DNA of 64,000 bases, taken from an uncultured Bacilli bacterium. GTDB lineage: Bacteria > Bacillota_I > Bacilli_A > RF39 > UBA660. Location of the stretch: contig CALVQQ010000002.1 in assembly GCA_944358255.1 (NCBI GenBank), positions 3,739-67,738 on the forward strand. The letters run 5' to 3'. Within the stretch, counting starts at the first letter, position 1; each line of letters starts with the position of its first letter. The translations under genes and the position numbers were made by a program. The notes beneath the pieces were generated by a model, which did not search any database, was not told the DNA's origin, and saw only the letters and a list, made by a program, of their open reading frames with translations. This document shows positions 28,393 to 39,035 of the stretch, piece by piece.

Positions 28393-30732
28393 ATGTATAA
28401 GGTTAGAAAAAGAGATGGCAAAATAGTGTCATTTGATATTAAAAAGATAGGAGCAGCTATTACTAAAGCGTTTGATGCAGAAAATAAAAATTATGATGAA
28501 AATGTAATTGATTTCTTGTCATTAAAAGTTACTGCTGATTTTGAAAGTAAAGTTAAAGATGACATCATAGATGTTGAAGATATTCAAGATAGTGTTGAAA
28601 AAGTTCTTTCGCAAGCTGGATATGCAGATGTTGCAAAGGCTTATATTTTATATAGAAAATTGCATGAAAAACAACGCGCAATGCAATCAACTATTTTGGA
28701 TTATAAGGATGTTGTAAATAGTTATATCAATGTTACTGACTGGAGAGTTAAGGAAAATTCTACTGTTACATATTCTGTAGGCGGTTTAATTTTAAGTAAT
28801 TCAGGGGCTATTACAGCTAATTATTGGTTAAGTGAAGTTTATGATAAGGAAATAGCTGATGCACATAGAAATTGTGATATACATTTGCATGATTTATCTA
28901 TGTTAACTGGCTACTGTGCTGGTTGGAGTTTGAAGCAATTAATTCAAGAAGGCTTGGGTGGTGTTCCAGGTAAAATAACATCAAGTCCCGCAAAACATTT
29001 AAGTACTTTGTGTAATCAAATGGTTAACTTTTTAGGTATTATGCAAAATGAGTGGGCTGGTGCGCAAGCGTTTTCTTCTTTTGATACTTATTTGGCACCT
29101 TTTGTTAAAATTGATAATTTGTCTCAAAAAGAAGTTAAACAATGTATTCAATCATTTGTTTATGGCGTAAATACTCCAAGTAGATGGGGAACTCAAGCTC
29201 CTTTTACTAATATAACTTTGGATTGGGTTGTTCCAAATGATTTAGCTGAATTAAATTGTATAATTGGTGGAAAAGAAGTTGATTTTAAGTATAAAGATTG
29301 TCAAAAAGAAATGGATATGGTAAATAAAGCTTTCATTGAAATTATGATTGAAGGTGATGCTAATGGTAGAGGTTTCCAATATCCAATTCCTACGTATTCA
29401 ATTACTAAAAATTTTGATTGGACAGAAACTGAAAATAATAAATTATTGTTTGAAATGACCGCTAAATATGGAACTCCTTATTTTTCAAATTATATAAATA
29501 GCGATATGGAACCAAGTGATGTTAGAAGTATGTGTTGTCGTTTAAGACTTGATTTAAGGGAGTTAAGAAAAAAGTCTGGTGGATATTTTGGTAGTGGAGA
29601 ATCTACTGGGTCTATTGGTGTTGTTACAATTAATATGCCAAGAATTGCTTATTTGGCTAAAGATGAAAAAGATTTTTATGAGAGATTAGAGAAAATGATG
29701 AACATTTCTGCTAGAAGTTTAAAGGTAAAAAGAAATGTTATAACTAAATTGCTTGATGAGGGTTTATATCCTTATACTAAAAGATATTTGGGAACTTTTA
29801 ATAATCATTTTTCAACTATAGGTTTAGTAGGTATGAATGAAGCTTGCTTAAATGCTAAGTGGATAAAAGAAGATTTAACTCATGAAAAAGCACAAAAATT
29901 TACGAAAGATGTTCTTAACTTTATGAGAGAAAAACTTTCTGATTATCAAGAAGAGTATGGAGATTTGTATAATTTGGAAGCAACTCCTGCAGAAAGTACT
30001 TCTTATCGTTTGGCTAAAAAAGATAAAAGTTTATATCCTGATATCATTACTGCTTCTGATGATGATACTCCATATTATACTAATAGTTCTCATTTGCCAG
30101 TGGGATTTACTAATGATATTTTTGAGGCTTTGGATATCCAAGATGAACTTCAAACTTTATATACTTCTGGTACAGTTTTCCATGCATTTTTGGGTGAAAG
30201 GTTACCTGACTGGAAAGCTGCAGCTAATTTAGTTAGGAAGATTGCAGAAAATTATAAGTTGCCTTATTATACTTTGAGTCCTACATATTCAATTTGTAAG
30301 AAACATGGTTATTTTGCAGGTGAAGTATTCAAATGCCCTGTTTGTGATGGCGAAACAGAAGTTTATAGCAGAATTACAGGTTATTATAGGCCAGTTAAAA
30401 ACTGGAATGATGGTAAAGCTAAAGAATATAAGATGCGTAAATTGTATGATGTTAATTGTTCTAAAGAACCTCATTCAAAAAAAGTTGAAGATGGAATATT
30501 ACTTTTTGGAACTAAGACTTGCCCTAATTGTAAAATGGCTAAAAAGGTGTTAGATGATGCTAAGGTTGATTATAAATGTGTTGATGCTGAAAAAGATGTT
30601 GATTTAACTTTATCTTATGGAATTAAACAAGCTCCAACTTTGGTAGTAATAAAAAATGGTGAAGTTGAGTTAATTAAGAATATTTCTAATATTAAAAAAT
30701 TTGTTAATGAAAATGTGGTTTGTCATGTATGA
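28393..30732 (+). CDS. nrdD: Anaerobic ribonucleoside-triphosphate reductase NrdD with a C-terminal glutaredoxin/NrdH-like domain fusion
   Basis: ATP-cone N-terminus, DIHLHDL, MCCRL thiyl cysteines, CPVCDGE zinc ribbon, and RITGYYRPV glycyl-radical motif. About 90 extra residues follow, carrying TKTCPNCK (thioredoxin-fold CxxC). Confidence 0.85.
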   Translation: MYKVRKRDGKIVSFDIKKIGAAITKAFDAENKNYDENVIDFLSLKVTADFESKVKDDIIDVEDIQDSVEKVLSQAGYADVAKAYILYRKLHEKQRAMQSTILDYKDVVNSYINVTDWRVKENSTVTYSVGGLILSNSGAITANYWLSEVYDKEIADAHRNCDIHLHDLSMLTGYCAGWSLKQLIQEGLGGVPGKITSSPAKHLSTLCNQMVNFLGIMQNEWAGAQAFSSFDTYLAPFVKIDNLSQKEVKQCIQSFVYGVNTPSRWGTQAPFTNITLDWVVPNDLAELNCIIGGKEVDFKYKDCQKEMDMVNKAFIEIMIEGDANGRGFQYPIPTYSITKNFDWTETENNKLLFEMTAKYGTPYFSNYINSDMEPSDVRSMCCRLRLDLRELRKKSGGYFGSGESTGSIGVVTINMPRIAYLAKDEKDFYERLEKMMNISARSLKVKRNVITKLLDEGLYPYTKRYLGTFNNHFSTIGLVGMNEACLNAKWIKEDLTHEKAQKFTKDVLNFMREKLSDYQEEYGDLYNLEATPAESTSYRLAKKDKSLYPDIITASDDDTPYYTNSSHLPVGFTNDIFEALDIQDELQTLYTSGTVFHAFLGERLPDWKAAANLVRKIAENYKLPYYTLSPTYSICKKHGYFAGEVFKCPVCDGETEVYSRITGYYRPVKNWNDGKAKEYKMRKLYDVNCSKEPHSKKVEDGILLFGTKTCPNCKMAKKVLDDAKVDYKCVDAEKDVDLTLSYGIKQAPTLVVIKNGEVELIKNISNIKKFVNENVVCHV

Positions 30733-31615
30733 TGCAATTGTAATTGGAGCAGGGCCAGCTGGTTTAACAGCTGGCATCTATTTAGCTCGTGGTGGTGCTA
30801 AAACTTTAATAATCGAAAAGGAAAGTATTGGTGGTCAAATAGCTTCTTCTCCTTTGGTTGAAAATTATCCTGGATTTAAAAGTGTGAGTGGAAGTGAACT
30901 TGTAGATACGTTATATGAACAAGTGGTTGATCTTGGGGTTGATATTGAAATTGGCGATGTAAAGTCAATTGAAAATGGTGAGATAAAAAAAGTTTTTGTC
31001 GATGATGCTGTTTATGAGACAAAAACGGTTATAATTGCTACAGGTGTTAAACATAGAAAATTGAATTTGGAAAAAGAAGAAGAATTTATTGGTTCAGGTA
31101 TTCATTTTTGTGCTACTTGCGATGGCCCTTTTTATAAAAATAAAGTTGTCGCTGTGGTTGGAGGCGCTAATAGTGCTGTTATAAATGCAATATATTTATC
31201 ATCTTTATGCGATAAAGTGTATTTAATTTATAGAGGTAAAGATTTAAGGTGTGAAAATAAGTTAAAAGAAAAAGTTAGTAATTTAAAAAATGTTGAAATA
31301 TTGTTAAATTCTAATGTTACTCAATATTTAGGTGTTGATAAGTTAGAAAGAATTGTCGTTAAAGATTTGCAATGTGAAAAAGAAATTCAAGTTGATGGAT
31401 TATTTGTGTCAATTGGAATGAATCCTGAAACTAGTATTAAATTAAATTTAAATAAAACTGATAATGATTATTATGATAGTGTTGATACGTTAACTAATTT
31501 GCCTGGTATTTTTGTTGCTGGAGATTGTAGAAATAAAAATGTTAGACAGGTAACTACAGCTGTAAGTGATGGAACTGTTGCAGCTATAAACGCTTTAAAT
31601 TATTTGCAAAATTAA
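30726..31615 (+). CDS. trxB: Thioredoxin-disulfide reductase
   Basis: GAGPAG FAD motif, CATCDG redox-active disulfide, and GGANSA NADPH motif. ATG 30726 overlaps the nrdD stop (ATGTATGA). Confidence 0.85.
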
Positions 31616-31639
31616 AAAATGCCAAGTTGTTGGCATTTT
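31616..31639. terminator. Bidirectional terminator between trxB and hsp20
   Basis: 10-bp stem AAAATGCCAA/TTGGCATTTT with a 4-nt loop. Confidence 0.5.
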
Positions 31640-32029
31640 TTAGTCGATATTAATAAGTTTTTTATTTTCTTTTTCTTCAACTTTTGGAATTACAATTTTT
31701 AATGTTCCGTTTTTAAATTCGGCTTTTGTTTTTTCTGTGTCAACATTACCTACATAAAATTGTCTTTTAATTTCTCCATAAGTTCTTTCTCTTCTAATGT
31801 AGTTTTTATCTTTTTCTTCTTTGTCTTCTCCTTTTGTTGCTTCTACAGTAAGGTAACCATCATTAATGTCAATAGAAATGTCTTCTTTGTTGAATCCTGG
31901 TATGTCCATTTCTACATGATATTTGTTATCTTTTTCGTAGATATCACATTTCATTGCATTACTTATTCTTTCATCTAGAAAATCATCAAAGAAATTATCA
32001 AGATAATATCTTCTTGGCAATAAACTCAT
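31640..32029 (-). CDS. Hsp20/alpha-crystallin small heat-shock protein
   Basis: Alpha-crystallin domain with C-terminal GTLKIVIPK. Confidence 0.85.
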   Translation of the reverse strand: MSLLPRRYYLDNFFDDFLDERISNAMKCDIYEKDNKYHVEMDIPGFNKEDISIDINDGYLTVEATKGEDKEEKDKNYIRRERTYGEIKRQFYVGNVDTEKTKAEFKNGTLKIVIPKVEEKENKKLINID

Positions 32030-32141
32030 ATCTATCCCTCCTTACATTTTTAAATATAACACCATAATTAGCACTTGTCAATATAGAGTGCTAAATTTTC
32101 ATATTTCTTTCACATTTATATTTTATGTAAAAAAAAGGAAA

Positions 32142-32384
32142 CTATTCTTCAAAAAAGTCTCCTAATTTAATTTCTAGTTTATCAGCAATTAATTTTAAAG
32201 TTTCAATTGATATAGTTGCATGAACTTTTGATGACTCTAAGTTTTTTATATAGCCGTAAGATAAGTTACATAATTCTGCCAAATCTTCTCCAGTTAGTCC
32301 TTTTTGTTTTCTAAATTTTTGAATATTTTTTCCAACTATTGTGTAAATGTTCCTAGTTTTGGGTTTTTCTTTAATATATACCAT
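32142..32384 (-). CDS. XRE-family HTH transcriptional regulator
   Basis: QKGLTGEDLAELCNLSYGYIKNLE helix-turn-helix segment. Confidence 0.75.
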   Translation of the reverse strand: MVYIKEKPKTRNIYTIVGKNIQKFRKQKGLTGEDLAELCNLSYGYIKNLESSKVHATISIETLKLIADKLEIKLGDFFEE

Positions 32385-32525
32385 TACTACTTCACCTATT
32401 TAATTTTCTCATAAATTTAATATTCGTTTAGTCACTATATGCATGACTTTGTAAATAAATTAATTTTTTTATATTATTTTACCATTTTTTACCAAAAAAT
32501 GATTATTAAATAATAATTTAGTGTA

Positions 32526-33611
32526 TTGTTTAACTTGTATCTCTTTGGTAAAATAAGTTATAGGAAGTGTGCCTTTATGAAAAAGAAAAAGTTTTTAGAA
32601 TTGTTAAGCAAAAAAATTAATTACGTTGATAATAAGGATAAACAGAAAATTTTGAATAAATATGATAAAAAAATAAAAGTTAAAATGAAATTTTTATCTG
32701 AAAGAGAAGCTGTTAGTAAGTTTAATGTTGAGAAGATTGTGAAAAAAGAGTTATGTTTGTTTAAAATAAAAACCTTTTTTATAAAAGTTTTTAATGGAAT
32801 TTTGTCTTTTATAAAACTTGTGTATTTGAAAGTATTCAATTGTATAAAGGTGTTTACTAAAAAGAAACCGTTTAGTAATAATTCTAAAAAAATAAAAAAA
32901 GAAAAACAATTATATAGTGGTACTGAAAATTTAAGACTGAAGAATAAATGGTGTAGATTATTGATGATATTCTTGTATATATTATTATTAGTAATATTGT
33001 TTGTATTATGTATTTTCTTTTTTGTAAATGTTATAGCTTTATTAGATGGTATTAGAATTTTTAGTTTTATTTCTACTACGTGTTTATTTATTATATGTAT
33101 TATTCTGCTTTTGTTTTTGTTAAATAGTGTTTTACATAATATTAAAATCGATTTTCGAAAAGTTCGTTTTCACTTTGTAATTCTGGTAATGTTATTGGGA
33201 TGCAGTGTTGGCTATTCAATATATGAGTTTTATAAATTAAGTGAAATTGATGATTTTTCTGATGCTTATACTATGTCTAGTGAGACTGATTTCTTTGACT
33301 TGATGGAGGATGATACATTAGATATCCAGTTTAATTCTGAATATGATACTCAATATCAAATAAAATATGATAATTCTTTAGAGGGTCAGATTAAAATTGT
33401 AACTAATTATTATAGAAATTATTATGATTATGTTATTAAAAAAAATCGCGGGGATATTTATATTTCTTTTCATGTTAATAATAGAAATGTTGTTAGTACT
33501 TTGATTGATGGGCTTAGAGAAGATAAGTTATATAATTTAGATGAATTAAAAAGATATGATATTACAATTTATATTAGTGAAGACGATAAAGATAAAATAA
33601 ATGTATATTAA
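32526..33611 (+). CDS. DUF1700-like membrane protein
   Basis: N-terminal FLELLSKKINYV...ILNKYDKKI...LSEREAVSKF pattern, followed by transmembrane segments and an extracellular domain. Probable start ATG 32577 (MKKKKF). Confidence 0.4.
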   Translation: MFNLYLFGKISYRKCAFMKKKKFLELLSKKINYVDNKDKQKILNKYDKKIKVKMKFLSEREAVSKFNVEKIVKKELCLFKIKTFFIKVFNGILSFIKLVYLKVFNCIKVFTKKKPFSNNSKKIKKEKQLYSGTENLRLKNKWCRLLMIFLYILLLVILFVLCIFFFVNVIALLDGIRIFSFISTTCLFIICIILLLFLLNSVLHNIKIDFRKVRFHFVILVMLLGCSVGYSIYEFYKLSEIDDFSDAYTMSSETDFFDLMEDDTLDIQFNSEYDTQYQIKYDNSLEGQIKIVTNYYRNYYDYVIKKNRGDIYISFHVNNRNVVSTLIDGLREDKLYNLDELKRYDITIYISEDDKDKINVY

Positions 33612-33786
33612 ATAAAAAACTCTAGAAATTCTAGAGTTTTTGTGTTGTTGAACACATTTGTGAATATTTGTTCTTTTTCAAGAACAATTTTATTATATAC
33701 TAAAATTTGATTTTTGTAAATAATTTGTGCCTAAAATTTGTTTTTAATATAAAAACAATTCATATGAATTGTTTAATTTATTTAGA

Positions 33787-33861
33787 TGGCGCCTGATGCA
33801 GGACTCGGACCTGCGACCTAACGGTTAACAGCCGTGCGCTCTACCGACTGAGCTAATCAGG
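33787..33861 (-). tRNA. tRNA-Asn (anticodon GTT)
   Basis: Reverse complement gives GCCTGAT TAGCTCAGTCGGTAGAGC...CTGTTAA...GGTCGCAGGTCCGAGTCCTGC ATCAGGC GCCA, with a terminator palindrome AACAATTCATATGAATTGTT just downstream. Confidence 0.8.
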
Positions 33862-33965
33862 CATTGCATTAGTATTATATTAAATATGATTTGTAAAGTC
33901 AACAAATTTATAAAAAAAATTGTATTATTGTTATTTTTTTATTATAATATATTTGGTGAATATAA

Positions 33966-34919
33966 ATGAATGATAGTATGGAAGTTCTAAATTTTGATGA
34001 TTCAAATGATAAGTTTAGTATACTTGAAACTTATGGAGAAAATTTAAGTAGGAAATTTTATATAACTAATCCTGCTATTGGGCGAGATAAAGAAATTAAT
34101 GAAACTATTTTAATTTTGTTAACTCCAGAGAAAAGTGCTTTATTAACTGGTAAACCTGGTATAGGTAAAACTGCTATAGTTGAGGGACTGGGATATAGAA
34201 TGCAAAGAGGTGAAGTTCCTGATGCTTTAAAAAATTATGAATTGATAAAAGTTAATATTACCAGTTTGTTGGGAAATGCTGTTAGTGAGGGGCGAAATGA
34301 AAATAGATTACAGTTGTTAGTTGATGAATTGAAGGAAAGAACTAATATAATTTTGTTTATAGATGAAGTTCACCTATTAGTTAGTAGAAACACTTCTAAT
34401 TTGAATGTCGATTTTGCTAATATGTTAAAACCTGGATTGGATAGGGGTACTATTAAAATGATAGGAGCAACGACTACAGAAGAATATGAATATTATATAT
34501 TAAGAGATCGCGCATTTTTGAGACGTTTTCAACGTGTTGATGTTGCTGAGCCAACTCAGGAGGAAACTGTTGAAATATTACTTGGAACTATGCCAAAAAT
34601 TGAAAAACAAACTGGTGTTGATTGCACATATACTGATTTTGTTAAGAAAAGGATTTGTGAATTTATAGTTCAGATGACAGATCAATATAAGAGAATATAC
34701 GAAATAGGAAATAGATATCCTGATATTTCCTTGGCTTTGCTTGGAAATGCTTTTTCAAATGCTGTGTTTGAAAATTTAAAAGTTTTAAAAATACATCATG
34801 TTTATAATGCAATTAAAAGTGCAAAAAACGTTTATGAAGATGTTAAGAAAAAGGAGTTGATAAAGTTTAAAGAACAGTTTAAGGATATTATTGGGGATGA
34901 AAATGCTATTTTAGATTAG
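33966..34919 (+). CDS. Stand-alone Clp/Hsp100 D1-type AAA+ ATPase domain protein (no N-domain, middle domain or D2)
   Basis: Collinear with the ClpB D1 region: [10 protein letters not shown], Walker [15 protein letters not shown], Walker B ILFIDEVH, sensor GATT, and arginine finger RRFQRV. Confidence 0.7.
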   Translation: MNDSMEVLNFDDSNDKFSILETYGENLSRKFYITNPAIGRDKEINETILILLTPEKSALLTGKPGIGKTAIVEGLGYRMQRGEVPDALKNYELIKVNITSLLGNAVSEGRNENRLQLLVDELKERTNIILFIDEVHLLVSRNTSNLNVDFANMLKPGLDRGTIKMIGATTTEEYEYYILRDRAFLRRFQRVDVAEPTQEETVEILLGTMPKIEKQTGVDCTYTDFVKKRICEFIVQMTDQYKRIYEIGNRYPDISLALLGNAFSNAVFENLKVLKIHHVYNAIKSAKNVYEDVKKKELIKFKEQFKDIIGDENAILD

Positions 34920-34927
34920 GAGAGAAT

Positions 34928-36151
34928 ATGAAAGAAGAAATATTTGAATTTATTGAAGAAGAAAAACAACGTCAGCAAAATAATGTTGAATTGATTGCAT
35001 CTGAAAATTTTGTTTCGTTAGATGTAATGAGAGCTCAAGGAAGTGTATTGACAAATAAGTATGCTGAAGGTTATCCAGGTAAGAGATATTATGGTGGCTG
35101 TGAGTTTGTCGATAAAGTAGAAAATATTGCGAGAGAGAGATTAAAACAATTATTTAAAGTTAATTATGTTAATGTGCAGCCACATTCAGGTAGTTCTGCA
35201 AATATGGCAGTATATAAAGCTTTACTAAATGTTGGAGATAAAGTTATGGGAATGAGTTTAAGTGCTGGTGGGCATTTAACTCATGGGCATTTAATTAATT
35301 TTAGTGGACTTGAGTATAAAATAGTTTCTTACGATGTTGATAAAGAAACTGAATGTATAGATTATAATGAAGTTGAAAAATTAGCACTTTTGGAAAAGCC
35401 TAAAATGATTATTGCTGGTGCGAGTGCATATTCTAGAATTATTGATTATAAACGTTTTCGTGAAATTGCTGATAAAGTTGGCGCATATCTTATGGTAGAT
35501 ATGGCACATGTGGCTGGACTAGTCGCTTCAGGATTGCATCCAAATCCTTGCGAGTATGCGCATGTGGTTACAAGTACTACTCATAAAACTTTAAGGGGTC
35601 CTCGTGGTGGTATAATTTTAACTAATGACGAAGAAGTTTCTAAGAAAATTGATAAAATGATTTTTCCTGGTATACAAGGTGGTCCATTGATGCATGTTAT
35701 TGCTGCAAAGGCGGTATGTTTTGCTGAAGCCATGGAGCCAAGTTTTAAAATATATCAAAAACAGGTTATAGATAACGCAAAAGCATTAGCAGAGAGATTA
35801 AAATCTAGAAATTTGAGGATAGTAACTGGTGGAACTGATAATCATTTAATTTTAGTAGATCTTAGAAATTTGAATATTACCGGGAAAGAAGCTGAAGAAA
35901 TTTTAGAAAAAGTTAATATTACGTGTAATAAAAATGGTATTCCTTTTGACCCGGAAAGTCCATTTAAGACTAGCGGAATTAGGTTGGGAACACCTGCAAT
36001 GACTACTCGTGGCTTTAAGGAAAAAGAATTTGAATTTATTGCAGATTGTATTGTAGATGCTTTGGAAAATAAAAATGATGAAGAAAAGTTAAGCAGTATA
36101 AAAAAAGATGTCTTGACATTGTTAGAAAAGTTTACTTTATATGAAAATTAA
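34928..36151 (+). CDS. glyA: Serine hydroxymethyltransferase
   Basis: LIASENF, the PLP-lysine region [14 protein letters not shown], and overall conserved length of about 407 aa. Confidence 0.95.
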   Translation: MKEEIFEFIEEEKQRQQNNVELIASENFVSLDVMRAQGSVLTNKYAEGYPGKRYYGGCEFVDKVENIARERLKQLFKVNYVNVQPHSGSSANMAVYKALLNVGDKVMGMSLSAGGHLTHGHLINFSGLEYKIVSYDVDKETECIDYNEVEKLALLEKPKMIIAGASAYSRIIDYKRFREIADKVGAYLMVDMAHVAGLVASGLHPNPCEYAHVVTSTTHKTLRGPRGGIILTNDEEVSKKIDKMIFPGIQGGPLMHVIAAKAVCFAEAMEPSFKIYQKQVIDNAKALAERLKSRNLRIVTGGTDNHLILVDLRNLNITGKEAEEILEKVNITCNKNGIPFDPESPFKTSGIRLGTPAMTTRGFKEKEFEFIADCIVDALENKNDEEKLSSIKKDVLTLLEKFTLYEN

Positions 36152-36283
36152 TTTTTCTTAATTAGTAGAAATTTGAAAATCAAATATTTGTAATTAAATA
36201 TTTGATTTTTTGTGCTTAAAATTAAATTTTTTGCGTTTTGATTTGTGTATTTGTCTATGTTATATTTCATTTAGGGAGGTTTT

Positions 36284-36964
36284 ATGAAAGAATATTTAGT
36301 GCTAAAAAATGTTAGCAAAAGTGTTAACGGAAATTATATTTTAAAAAATATTGACTTGATAATTAATAAAGGAGAGATAATTGGAATTGTTGGTTTAAAT
36401 GGTAGTGGTAAAACTACTTTATTAAAATGTATTTTAAACTTTGTGAAGTTTGAAGGAAAAATTTATGTTAATAATAAACAAAATAATTTTTTGGTTAATA
36501 CTGGTTTTTTAATTGAAAATCCAAATCTGTATTTAAATATCAGTGGCAAAAAAAATATATCTTTTTGGTTAAATTTTTTTAGTGATATTGATATTAATTA
36601 TGTGAATGAACTTTGTTCTTTATTTAATTTAAATTTAAGTAAAAAAGTTAAAAAATATTCTTTAGGAATGAAACAAAAGTTGGGCCTGATTTTGGCTTTA
36701 ATTAATAAACCTGAATTATTATTATTAGATGAGCCAACTAATGGACTTGATATAAAAAATATAATTAATTTACGTAATATTCTACTTAATTTAAATGGGA
36801 CAACTATCTTAATTTCTTCACATGATATAAATGAATTGTCTAAAATTTGTGATAGATTGATTTTAATAAATAATGGAGAAATAGTAAGAATAATAAAAAA
36901 ATGTGATTTCCCTATTTATCGTGAAAAAAAATTAGTGGAAATATTGGAGTGTAAATATGTTTAA
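36284..36964 (+). CDS. ABC transporter ATP-binding protein
   Basis: Walker A GLNGSGKTT, LSLGMKQKL signature, and Walker B LLLLDEPT. Confidence 0.8.
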   Translation: MKEYLVLKNVSKSVNGNYILKNIDLIINKGEIIGIVGLNGSGKTTLLKCILNFVKFEGKIYVNNKQNNFLVNTGFLIENPNLYLNISGKKNISFWLNFFSDIDINYVNELCSLFNLNLSKKVKKYSLGMKQKLGLILALINKPELLLLDEPTNGLDIKNIINLRNILLNLNGTTILISSHDINELSKICDRLILINNGEIVRIIKKCDFPIYREKKLVEILECKYV

Positions 36965-37916
36965 ATTGGTTAAAATATTGTTAAAACGAGAAATAAAAAA
37001 GAGTTATTTTATTTCGTTTTTGATAATAATAACTTTATTTTCATTTGTTGTTTGTAGTATTTCATATAAAAATTATAAATTTAGTGAAAAAGAAACTATA
37101 ATCATTAATGATAAATTAAGTGAGGAAGAATATTATAAGCAATACCCTAGTGGATTATTTGATAGATATTTATATTATTATGAACTTTATATAAAAGAAA
37201 GTATTAATAAAATTAAATTAAATAATCTGTATAATGATAATGAGTTATTTTCGTTTGAAAATATATATAAGGTTCAAGTTTTTTTATCTATTATTTCAAT
37301 TATTGTTGGATCCGTATTAATGTTAAATGAATATAAAAATGGTACTATAAAATTGTTTCTTAACAAAGGATTACCTAGATTTAAGGTATTTATGTCGTTT
37401 TTAATGTGCTGTTTAATTTTATTAGTAATTTTAAATTTATTTTTGTTTTTGGTGTATACTTTATCATTAATAATAGTAAGTCATTCTTTTGAATTATTTA
37501 AACTTAAAATACCTGAAATTTTGAATGGTGAAATTGAGTATGTAAATTATTATTTGAAATCTTTTAGTAAATATTTGATTAATATATTTCCTATTATTTT
37601 TATTGGATTATTTTCGTTTTGCTTTTCTATACTATGTCTAAATCGTTTAATAGTCATTTGTGTTTCATTTTTTTTAGAGGTATTTGGTATAGTAATTTTT
37701 CAATGGTTACTTGAATATAAAATTCGTTTTTTAATGTATACTTTTTTGCCTTATTTAGATTATACGATTTTCAATGATAAATTGAATATTATTTTGTTTA
37801 ATATGCAATATGGAACAACTTTGTCGTTATATAATGGAAGTTTTATTTTGTTATTTACTTTAATATTAATGTTTGCACTTTCATTAATCCGTTTTGTAAA
37901 AAGAGATATAAATTAA
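36957..37916 (+). CDS. ABC-2-type transporter permease (membrane protein)
   Basis: Six hydrophobic segments, translationally coupled to the upstream ATPase. Confidence 0.5.
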   Translation: MFKLVKILLKREIKKSYFISFLIIITLFSFVVCSISYKNYKFSEKETIIINDKLSEEEYYKQYPSGLFDRYLYYYELYIKESINKIKLNNLYNDNELFSFENIYKVQVFLSIISIIVGSVLMLNEYKNGTIKLFLNKGLPRFKVFMSFLMCCLILLVILNLFLFLVYTLSLIIVSHSFELFKLKIPEILNGEIEYVNYYLKSFSKYLINIFPIIFIGLFSFCFSILCLNRLIVICVSFFLEVFGIVIFQWLLEYKIRFLMYTFLPYLDYTIFNDKLNIILFNMQYGTTLSLYNGSFILLFTLILMFALSLIRFVKRDIN

Positions 37917-37922
37917 AAAGAG

Positions 37923-38372
37923 TCATAAAACTCTTTCGCACAAATCCTCGTATTTTCTGCCTCGAGGAATAATTTTAAATATTCTAGTATTTTCATCTAT
38001 TATGTTAATTTTTATGTCTAATCTATTTTTAGGAAGTATATCTTCAATTAAATCAGACCATTCAATGATACATACACCTTTTTTGTTAAAATATTCAGTG
38101 ATTCCAATGTCTTCTTTCATTTCATTTAGTCTGTATACGTCCATGTGAAATAGTTTCATTTTTCCTTCATACTCTTTAATAATTGTAAAAGTTGGTGAAG
38201 TAATGTTTTCTTCTATTCCCATTGATGCAGCAAATGCTTTTGCAAATACTGTTTTTCCACTTCCTAAATCTCCTTGTAAACAAATTACCATATTTGGAAA
38301 TTTTTCGCTTTCTATGTTTTGAGCTAATTCTATAGTCTCTTCTTCGTTATTTGTTGTTATTTTGTATTCCAT
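37923..38372 (-). CDS. tsaE: tRNA threonylcarbamoyladenosine biosynthesis ATPase TsaE
   Basis: ICLQGDLGSGKT P-loop and SPTFTI motif. Confidence 0.85.
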   Translation of the reverse strand: MEYKITTNNEEETIELAQNIESEKFPNMVICLQGDLGSGKTVFAKAFAASMGIEENITSPTFTIIKEYEGKMKLFHMDVYRLNEMKEDIGITEYFNKKGVCIIEWSDLIEDILPKNRLDIKINIIDENTRIFKIIPRGRKYEDLCERVL

Positions 38373-38506
38373 AAAATCACCACAATTTTATTGTATCATT
38401 AAAAATGGATAATGGACAATATATTTTTTATTCTTTACATATAAAATGATGTTATTCGCCTTTTCCTAGTATAAAAGACTACATATTATACAGTAGGAGG
38501 TATTTT

Positions 38507-39034
38507 ATGTATTTTGATGAAAGAGAAAATTATTTGGATTATGTTGGTGAAGCGGTAAATAATTATGTTGAGGTAGAGGATAAGGATCATAATGAACTTA
38601 ATAATCATGAGACATATCATTTTAAAAATAATAAGATATATGATATTAATAATATAAATATTAATAATTATAGAGATAATATGTCAATTGATTTAAGTAT
38701 GCCCAAAGATGCGTTAAATAAAGGTGGAATATTTAAAAATATTTATGACCCATATAAAAATTATGTTTATAAAGTGGTCGTTAGTGGTGAAAGGGATGAA
38801 TTGTTATTAAAAATTCAAGAATTAACTTTTGCTATGAAAGATTTAGGATTGTATTTGGATGTTTATCCAAATAATACAGATATTTTTGATATTTTTAAAA
38901 GTTATGAAAAAGAATTAAAGGAATTAAAAAAGACTTATGAAGGTAAATATGGCCCTTTAAATTCGTTTGATGTTGAAGGAAGTAAATATGAATGGTATTT
39001 AAATCCATGGCCATGGGATAAAGGGGGTAATTAA
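38507..39034 (+). CDS. CotJA-CotJB fusion-like spore coat protein
   Basis: Middle segment SMPKDALNKGGIFKNIYDPY is CotJA-like. The C-terminal LYLDVYPNNTDIFDIF...YGPL is the CotJB motif. Confidence 0.5.
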   Translation: MYFDERENYLDYVGEAVNNYVEVEDKDHNELNNHETYHFKNNKIYDINNININNYRDNMSIDLSMPKDALNKGGIFKNIYDPYKNYVYKVVVSGERDELLLKIQELTFAMKDLGLYLDVYPNNTDIFDIFKSYEKELKELKKTYEGKYGPLNSFDVEGSKYEWYLNPWPWDKGGN

Positions 39035-39035
39035 T

